Part shown: piece after piece, positions 58,250 to 64,000 of the stretch | How the letters are laid out: each line of letters opens with the position of its first letter | Position numbering within the stretch: position 1 is the first letter of the stretch | IMG/VR virus record: IMGVR_UViG_3300024350_000008 | Length of the DNA stretch: 64,000 nucleotides | Source of the DNA: a virus | Lineage: Duplodnaviria; Heunggongvirae; Uroviricota; Caudoviricetes; Crassvirales | Reading direction: 5' to 3' (one strand) | Position numbers and translations under genes: made by a program | Notes under the pieces: model-generated | The model's database searches: none | Told to the model about the DNA's origin: nothing | The model's input: only the letters and a program-made list of their open reading frames with translations

Positions 58250-59788
58250 ATGTTTACATTAAACTGGTTCAAATCAAAAAAACAAAGAGAACTTGATGAA
58301 TTACAGGTGGAGGAGCAAAGAATAAAGAATGAGCTCCTAAGAAAAGAATTGTTTCAAGCAACATCTGCAACATCTGCGACATTACCTGCTGCAGAAAAGA
58401 CATACAATTGGACTGTGAACACCAACACAGGAGGTGTAGCTACAAAGTCCTACAAGAATGTAAAGCTTGTGAATAATGTGCTCACTGTGGTGCTTAACGA
58501 TGGGTCCATCCTATCTAAGCCAAATGCTACAACACAGGATTTTGAGGATGTTCGTAGTGCTATAGATGAATATGAGATTATAGACATTATGGCTGTTCAA
58601 GAGGTGGTTACAGAGAGAAAGAAACAAGAGCATGAAGCTGAGAGAGTTAGAGCGCTACAGGCTGGTATTAAACTACTGGCTGAGCTGAATGATTTTGAGG
58701 TGAAGGGGAATAGTGTTTATCTGTATGGTATCAACCGCACACTTCCACAACTTCTTGTTGAGGAGTTCCTTCGTATAGTGAACAGACACAATGGAAATCG
58801 TTGGTCTTTGTCTATTGACGAGGAATATCAGTCTCTGAAGCGCTTCTTTATGTGGTGCTGTCTGAATCCTCGTGCTGAGGTGGCTGACAAGTTATACAAC
58901 TTCCTCAAGAAGAATAGCTTTAAGATCACCAAGCAAGGATTCTTTGTTGCACTGAGGAACGTAGTAACGCTCCACGGTAGTACTGAGCTTGTACAATTCG
59001 TGAGTAATGCTTACAACAAGGTGAAAGCTGTATGGAAGAAGAGTCCAAATGAATATACAGTGTTTCTCAAGGATGGTGAGTATAGAATAGTGGATAACAA
59101 AGACCTTAATAAAGTTGTAACATGTGAAGACTGTGATGGTACTGGTGAAATGTGGGATGAGGAGGAGAATGAGTATACAGCATGTGGTACGTGTGATGGT
59201 GATGGTGATCGTTATGATTATAATGACAGTGAGTATGGTGAGAAGATTGGAGGTTTGACAGATCTCTATCTAGATTTACCTAATAGGGCAGAGAATAGAT
59301 TTACAGATGCTCATACACGCACATTTGATATTCGTGTTGGTAAGCCTGTAAACATGGATCCAGGTAAGTGTAGATGGAACACAGATGATTGTGGTGCAGA
59401 AGGTTTGCATTTCACATCTGACGAGATTCATTATGTAGGCTGTGGTGATCAATCTGTGCTTGTATTAATCAATCCTATGAAGGTGGTTGGTATTGGTGAA
59501 TCTAAGGGCAGGTGCTGGGAATATCTCCCAATCATGACTGTTCCTAGAGAGGAAGCTACAGAAATCCTACATGACCTAGATTTTGATACTCTTCAACTAG
59601 ATGATAGCTACGCTATTCGTGAGCTTGAGAGCTTGTCAGAGAAGGCCAAGGATGGTTTTGTAGCTGAGTCTAAGAAGCATGAGTTCAACATTCCTCACAT
59701 TTCCACTGTGGAGATTGAGAATATTGTTCAGTCTCTTGACCACATGAGAGATGAAATCAGCTCTAGGGTGCAGATGATTGTTGATTAA
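58250..59788 (+). CDS. Protein with a central double CxxCxGxG (DnaJ-type) zinc finger (512 aa)
   Basis: Zinc-finger motifs CEDCDGTGE and CGTCDGDGD. Coiled-coil N-terminus. Confidence 0.45.
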   Translation: MFTLNWFKSKKQRELDELQVEEQRIKNELLRKELFQATSATSATLPAAEKTYNWTVNTNTGGVATKSYKNVKLVNNVLTVVLNDGSILSKPNATTQDFEDVRSAIDEYEIIDIMAVQEVVTERKKQEHEAERVRALQAGIKLLAELNDFEVKGNSVYLYGINRTLPQLLVEEFLRIVNRHNGNRWSLSIDEEYQSLKRFFMWCCLNPRAEVADKLYNFLKKNSFKITKQGFFVALRNVVTLHGSTELVQFVSNAYNKVKAVWKKSPNEYTVFLKDGEYRIVDNKDLNKVVTCEDCDGTGEMWDEEENEYTACGTCDGDGDRYDYNDSEYGEKIGGLTDLYLDLPNRAENRFTDAHTRTFDIRVGKPVNMDPGKCRWNTDDCGAEGLHFTSDEIHYVGCGDQSVLVLINPMKVVGIGESKGRCWEYLPIMTVPREEATEILHDLDFDTLQLDDSYAIRELESLSEKAKDGFVAESKKHEFNIPHISTVEIENIVQSLDHMRDEISSRVQMIVD

Positions 59789-59796
59789 TAAATTTG

Positions 59797-59835
59797 GGGA
59801 TGTAACATTTTTTTCTTAAATTTGTTACGTCCCCA
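59797..59835. repeat. 12-bp inverted repeat (GGGGATGTAACA paired with TGTTACGTCCCC) around an 18-nt AT-rich loop, just upstream of the HNH gene
   Basis: The repeat has one G-U pair. It sits between the stop of the 512-aa gene and the HNH ATG at 59848. Confidence 0.4.
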
Positions 59836-59847
59836 TTTTATAACTAT

Positions 59848-60252
59848 ATGATAATCAAGAAGAAACGAGCATCCAGGAAGCCCAAGGTGGCTAAACCTAG
59901 GAATGCTGGCACTATGACTGAAAGCGCCTTTTGGTCCTTTATTCGCAGTGCTTTGAGGCAGAAGAGCAGATTTTGGAAACCCATATTACAGGCTAAGCTA
60001 GAAGCTCGTAGACCATACAAAGGCCCTAATAAGAGACAGAAGTATGAGTATGAGTGTGCTAGCTGTGGTAAGTGGTTCCAGGAAAAGAAGATTAACGTGG
60101 ATCATATTCGCCCAGCAGGAAGTCTTAATTCTGCACAAGACCTCCCAGGATTTGTGGAGCGTCTGTTCTGTGAGAAGGACAATTTGCAGGTGTTATGTGA
60201 GAAATGTCATGATCACAAAACTAAATTGGAAAAAGAATGTCAGAAGAAGTAA
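59848..60252 (+). CDS. HNH endonuclease (134 aa)
   Basis: C-x2-C ... DHIRP ... N ... LC-x2-CH-x3-K arrangement. Confidence 0.7.
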   Translation: MIIKKKRASRKPKVAKPRNAGTMTESAFWSFIRSALRQKSRFWKPILQAKLEARRPYKGPNKRQKYEYECASCGKWFQEKKINVDHIRPAGSLNSAQDLPGFVERLFCEKDNLQVLCEKCHDHKTKLEKECQKK

Positions 60253-60479
60253 ATCAGATAGTGATTAACAAAGAAGCCTCCTTTGTGGAGGTGTGGCATG
60301 AGGGATACATAGAATCCAAGGGAGAGCGTCATTATTTCTGGCTTATTGATCCTCAGGGTGTAGATCCTAGAGGCAATGAATATGCTCCAGAGGTAAGATG
60401 GTTCTTCGCAAGAGTGCCTCGTGAAGTGAGAGCTATGTACAATTCTATTATTGAAGCATTTAAACAGACAAAGAAATGA
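60237..60479 (+). CDS. Hypothetical protein (80 aa)
   Basis: ORF overlapping the HNH stop. Confidence 0.35.
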   Translation: MSEEVNQIVINKEASFVEVWHEGYIESKGERHYFWLIDPQGVDPRGNEYAPEVRWFFARVPREVRAMYNSIIEAFKQTKK

Positions 60480-60700
60480 TTGTACAAACTGTACATGAAA
60501 TTCTAAATCCCTTTGATGTAGATGTGAAAGACTTAGGATATGGAGTGGCGCTATTCATGATTGTGGGTAGCATCCATTCCAATCCCCAGTTTATTGTACG
60601 CTTCTACAACACAGGAGAACTTAGAACAGTAGATCAAAATGACCTGCGTGTATATGGAAATCCATCAGCAGGTGAACCGTTAAAACCAACAGCAATATGA
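60476..60700 (+). CDS. Hypothetical protein (74 aa)
   Basis: ORF. ATGA overlap with the upstream gene. Confidence 0.35.
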   Translation: MIVQTVHEILNPFDVDVKDLGYGVALFMIVGSIHSNPQFIVRFYNTGELRTVDQNDLRVYGNPSAGEPLKPTAI

Positions 60701-61749
60701 TAACAGGAACAGCAAAAACAGAAGCAGTCTATCGTGCAAACATGCTTGATAGCTCGTCCAGCTTGAAGGAATTCAGCATGGACAGAAAGAAGTATTACCG
60801 AAAGTATATACTGGGTGAAGAGGTTGAGGATAAGGACACCCAGGCTGCCACTATTGGCAGGATTGTAGAAACGCTCTTATTAGAGCCAGAAGAGTTTGAT
60901 GGAAGGTTTTATATGTCATCTTGTGCATCTGCTCCTACAGGGCTCATGCTAGCGTTTGTAGAGGCGCTGTATAGATTCACCAAGGAAGCTACAGATGATA
61001 ATGGGAACGTGACAAGGAGCTTTGAGGACATATCTAAGGATGCATATACAGAATCTGGGTTTAAGATTAAATATGATGCTGTAATCAGCAAATTTGTAGG
61101 CAGTGATGCAGAAATCTTCTATAATGAAATCCGTAAGGTGAGAAGCATGAACCTAACAGTGGTCACTGCAGAAGATGTAAGCAACGCTGAGAAGATTGTA
61201 GAAGAGCTACGTAACAATCCTGTTACCAAGGATGTGGTGAATCTGGTAAGTAGTAGTAGGTATACAGTGCACAATCAGCTGCAGGTGGAGGGATATGAGA
61301 TAGATGGTCATCAGTTCAAAAGCATGATGGATAAGATGATTATAGATCATGATGAGAAAACCATCCAAGTGTATGATCTGAAGTGTACATGGTCTGTAGA
61401 GAACTTCCTGGAGGAATACTATCTCTATCGCAGAGCATATATTCAGGCTTATTTGTATTGGAAAGCAGCTGTTCATTTCAAGAATGAGAATGATATGGGA
61501 GATTATGAAATCAATCCTATTAGGTTCATTGTATGTGACAGCACCAACTATTACAATCCACTCATCTATACGCTTTCTATGGAGGATCTTTTAAATGCAT
61601 ATAATGGCTTCACCTATAAGAATAGAGAATATAAGGGTGTTGGCTCACTTATTGCAGACTTAAAATGGGCCATGGAGAACAACACATGGAACATATCTAG
61701 AGAGAACAGTATTGCCAATGGATTAGTAAACATTATGGGATGGAAATAA
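60697..61749 (+). CDS. PD-(D/E)xK-family nuclease, possibly a phage recombination exonuclease (350 aa)
   Basis: The stretch IIDHDEKTIQVYDLKCT places a D/E-x-K after an upstream acidic residue. The P-loop recombination ATPase lies upstream. Confidence 0.45.
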   Translation: MITGTAKTEAVYRANMLDSSSSLKEFSMDRKKYYRKYILGEEVEDKDTQAATIGRIVETLLLEPEEFDGRFYMSSCASAPTGLMLAFVEALYRFTKEATDDNGNVTRSFEDISKDAYTESGFKIKYDAVISKFVGSDAEIFYNEIRKVRSMNLTVVTAEDVSNAEKIVEELRNNPVTKDVVNLVSSSRYTVHNQLQVEGYEIDGHQFKSMMDKMIIDHDEKTIQVYDLKCTWSVENFLEEYYLYRRAYIQAYLYWKAAVHFKNENDMGDYEINPIRFIVCDSTNYYNPLIYTLSMEDLLNAYNGFTYKNREYKGVGSLIADLKWAMENNTWNISRENSIANGLVNIMGWK

Positions 61750-62297
61750 AAAGGACAATAACTAGTATTTTTATGGTGCCAACTCTCAAGATTCCTAAGG
61801 ATGCCTTGAGAGAAAATGGATTTATCAATGGTTATGTCAAGGATGGTAGCAGAGAGGTGCAGTATGACAACTGCATCTATCTGCTCTTCCAGCCTAAAGA
61901 CCTAGATAAGTTCAGAGAGTTTCTAGACAGTGAATATGAACGAACCAAAGATCTGATTGATGACTATGATTATGAGGAGGGATATGTTGTAGTGGTGTAT
62001 CAATTGGATGCCAAGTTTTCCAAAGATTTTGATCTGGTAAGAAGGGGAAAATATTCTAAAACTTCTCCTGCATTCCAGGCTCTCTTTCCTAAGGTGATTA
62101 AGATAAAGAAGAACGGCTTGCATAGAGATGAAATATCTCTGCAGTATCGCGTGTTCAATAGAACAGAAGATCTTATCAAATTCTGGGAGGAAAAGCTTGG
62201 TGTGGAATTTTCTGATGATCAGGAGGTTTGGCATGGGTTTGAAGAAGAAAACGAGATTTTAAACATTCAAAAACTTAAAGAGTATGTACAATCATGA
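61740..62297 (+). CDS. Hypothetical protein (185 aa)
   Basis: ORF. Confidence 0.4.
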   Translation: MEIKRTITSIFMVPTLKIPKDALRENGFINGYVKDGSREVQYDNCIYLLFQPKDLDKFREFLDSEYERTKDLIDDYDYEEGYVVVVYQLDAKFSKDFDLVRRGKYSKTSPAFQALFPKVIKIKKNGLHRDEISLQYRVFNRTEDLIKFWEEKLGVEFSDDQEVWHGFEEENEILNIQKLKEYVQS

Positions 62298-62487
62298 ATT
62301 ACTAAACAAGATGATTGATATGTTTGGTATAGAGAAAGCCACAGATTTTGCTGAGATGGTGAGCTATATGCACGATGTTCTATATCAGGAGGCTAAGAAA
62401 AATGGTAGGGATGAACCTATTGAACACAGCTTTGAGCGTGACTGGTGGCAACTTAAATTTGATGAACTTAAATGCGCAACAATATGA
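62284..62487 (+). CDS. Hypothetical protein (67 aa)
   Basis: ORF. Confidence 0.3.
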   Translation: MYNHELLNKMIDMFGIEKATDFAEMVSYMHDVLYQEAKKNGRDEPIEHSFERDWWQLKFDELKCATI

Positions 62488-62885
62488 TAACCAGTGAATT
62501 ATTAAAAAACCATCCACATGCTGCACAAGCTGTAAGAGAATGGTACATAGACAAGATGATTCAATCTTTCAAGAATAGTGAGGTGCCTGCTGAATTTAAA
62601 GAAACTATGTACAAGCATGGGCTTCCTGATGATAACTTGATAAATCTGATTGATGTCAATGCTAGGGTGTTGTTTGATGTGTTTGATGATAACGGTGTGA
62701 TAATCAATGTTGTACATACCAATGGGTGGTGGTCATGGGATGTAAACAATGTGAAAAGTGTAGATAGCTATTCTTCTAGAAAGGAAGCTGAGAGACAAGC
62801 TGTTGAACGTTCCTTTCAAATATTGAATGAAAAGTTAAACATAACATTACATGAAGGACAAGATAGTTCAACAGGTGGTGAATAA
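62472..62885 (+). CDS. Hypothetical protein (137 aa)
   Basis: ORF. Confidence 0.4.
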   Translation: MRNNMITSELLKNHPHAAQAVREWYIDKMIQSFKNSEVPAEFKETMYKHGLPDDNLINLIDVNARVLFDVFDDNGVIINVVHTNGWWSWDVNNVKSVDSYSSRKEAERQAVERSFQILNEKLNITLHEGQDSSTGGE

Positions 62886-63102
62886 GTATACAGAACGTTC
62901 TAACGTAGGTTATAACAAGTATGGTACCACTCTTCAAGAGAATAATAAAGACAACTACCTTAAACACCTTCAAGAGGAGCTCATGGATGCCACCCTCTAT
63001 TTAGAGAAGCTCATGTCTCAACATCAGGAGATAACCAAATTGGTTAGCACCAGCATTAATGATGAAGATTTGGGAATGAAAATAAGGAAATTAGTTAGTT
63101 AG
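62851..63102 (+). CDS. Hypothetical protein (83 aa)
   Basis: ORF followed by a terminator. Confidence 0.35.
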   Translation: MKDKIVQQVVNKYTERSNVGYNKYGTTLQENNKDNYLKHLQEELMDATLYLEKLMSQHQEITKLVSTSINDEDLGMKIRKLVS

Positions 63103-63126
63103 AATTTTCAAATTCTCTTGGAATTT

Positions 63127-63163
63127 AGGGGATGGTAAATTAAATTTGCCATCCCTTATTTTT
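63127..63163 (+). terminator. Rho-independent terminator
   Basis: Stem GGGGATGGTAAATT paired with AAATTTGCCATCCC, then TTATTTTT. Confidence 0.55.
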
Positions 63164-63185
63164 CACTTAAAAATTACAAAACTTT

Positions 63186-64000
63186 ATGGATTTAGGATTG
63201 GACGCGTTGAGCAAGCTCACGGTATTTAGTAAGTATGCAAAGTATATTCCAGAGCTCAAAAGAAGAGAAACCTGGGATGAGATTGTGGATAGATATGAGC
63301 AAATGATGATCAAGAAATATCCCAAACTAGAAAGTCAAATTGTAGAAACAGCCACATTTATAAGGAAAAAGAAGGTGCTTCCCTCTATGAGAGCTCTACA
63401 GTTTGCTGGACCAGCAGCTGAAGTGAACAACTCTCGTATTTACAACTGTTGCTACCTACCTATAGATAGCATCCATAGCTTCAGCGAAACTATGTTTTTG
63501 CTTCTAGGTGGTACAGGTGTGGGCTATAGTGTTCAGAAACAACACGTTGCAAAGCTTCCAGCTATTACAAAGCCTGGAAAACTCCGTAACTATCTCATCG
63601 AGGATAGCATTATGGGCTGGGCAGACGCTGTGAAGGTGCTCATGAAAGCCTATCTAGAGGAAGGATTTATGCCTAAGTTTGACTTTAGAGCCATTCGTAA
63701 GAAAGGTGCTAGACTAGTGACAGCTGGTGGTAAAGCTCCTGGTCCTGAGCCTCTTAAGATATGTCTGGCGCATGTGCAGGCAGTCTTAGACAGGAAACAG
63801 GAAGGAGAACAATTGAGTCCTCTAGAATGTCATGATATCCTCTGTCACATTGCTAACAGTGTTCTAGCTGGTGGTATTCGTAGATCAGCCATGATATCTC
63901 TATTCAGTCATGATGATGAGGAGATGATTACATGTAAATATGGTAACTGGTGGGAAACCAATGAACAGCGTGGTAGAGCTAATAACTCAGCTGTACTGTT
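63186..64000 (+). CDS. Ribonucleotide reductase catalytic subunit (class I or class II), N-terminal part. It continues beyond the window end.
   Basis: LPSMRALQFAG...NCCYLPIDSIHSFSETMFLLLGGTGVGYSV compares with the conserved RNR segment PSSPTLFNAG...SCFL...SGGGIG. No stop occurs before the window end, so the ORF track omits it. Confidence 0.7.
   Translation, partial: MDLGLDALSKLTVFSKYAKYIPELKRRETWDEIVDRYEQMMIKKYPKLESQIVETATFIRKKKVLPSMRALQFAGPAAEVNNSRIYNCCYLPIDSIHSFSETMFLLLGGTGVGYSVQKQHVAKLPAITKPGKLRNYLIEDSIMGWADAVKVLMKAYLEEGFMPKFDFRAIRKKGARLVTAGGKAPGPEPLKICLAHVQAVLDRKQEGEQLSPLECHDILCHIANSVLAGGIRRSAMISLFSHDDEEMITCKYGNWWETNEQRGRANNSAVL

Noticed and set aside
1-64000. CRISPR array, integrase or recombinase, reverse transcriptase or diversity-generating retroelement, toxin-antitoxin pair
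   Set aside because: I saw no regularly spaced direct repeats with unique spacers, no Tyr or Ser recombinase motifs, and no YxDD reverse-transcriptase motif in any ORF. The Thr-codon repeats are coding linkers, not arrays.

Overview
The window looks like a contiguous stretch of a large double-stranded DNA tailed phage genome, probably a Bacteroidetes/Flavobacteriia podovirus of the crAss-like kind. This placement is inferred from gene order, the Thr-rich linker style and AT-rich composition. The genome splits into two divergent gene blocks separated by a roughly 600 bp non-coding, locally C-rich region at 38873..39480.

The minus strand (38872 down to 1) carries the morphogenesis module in this order: small HTH and zinc-ribbon proteins, large terminase, portal, an SPFH/band-7 protein, an acidic scaffold, major capsid, and a run of tail and fibre genes. 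These include a 1914-aa modular fibre with poly-Thr linkers and Cys-rich modules, a fibre with a phage tail-collar motif, a calcineurin-like phosphoesterase, and a block of giant virion proteins (514, 1039, 888 and more than 1683 aa). The last of these runs off the low end of the window and is not in the ORF track because its stop lies outside.

The plus strand (39481 to the end) starts with about 15 small early genes. Several are individually flanked by a conserved 14-mer upstream motif and a rho-independent terminator. Among them are an HTH regulator, a membrane plus lipoprotein pair, a very acidic zinc-ribbon protein and a tRNA-like structure. A tightly coupled replication and nucleotide-metabolism operon follows, containing:
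- a compact family-B DNA polymerase
- a DnaB-like helicase
- an SF2 helicase
- a Sak4-like P-loop ATPase
- an SSB-like protein
- a Toprim primase-like protein
- a DUF932-like protein
- uracil-DNA glycosylase
- an Hsp90/GHKL-type ATPase
- a DnaJ-type zinc-finger protein
- an HNH endonuclease
- a PD-(D/E)xK nuclease
- the N-terminus of a ribonucleotide reductase, not in the ORF track because it runs off the high end

I found no integrase, reverse transcriptase or CRISPR array. All functional calls rest on motifs read by eye, with no searches run.
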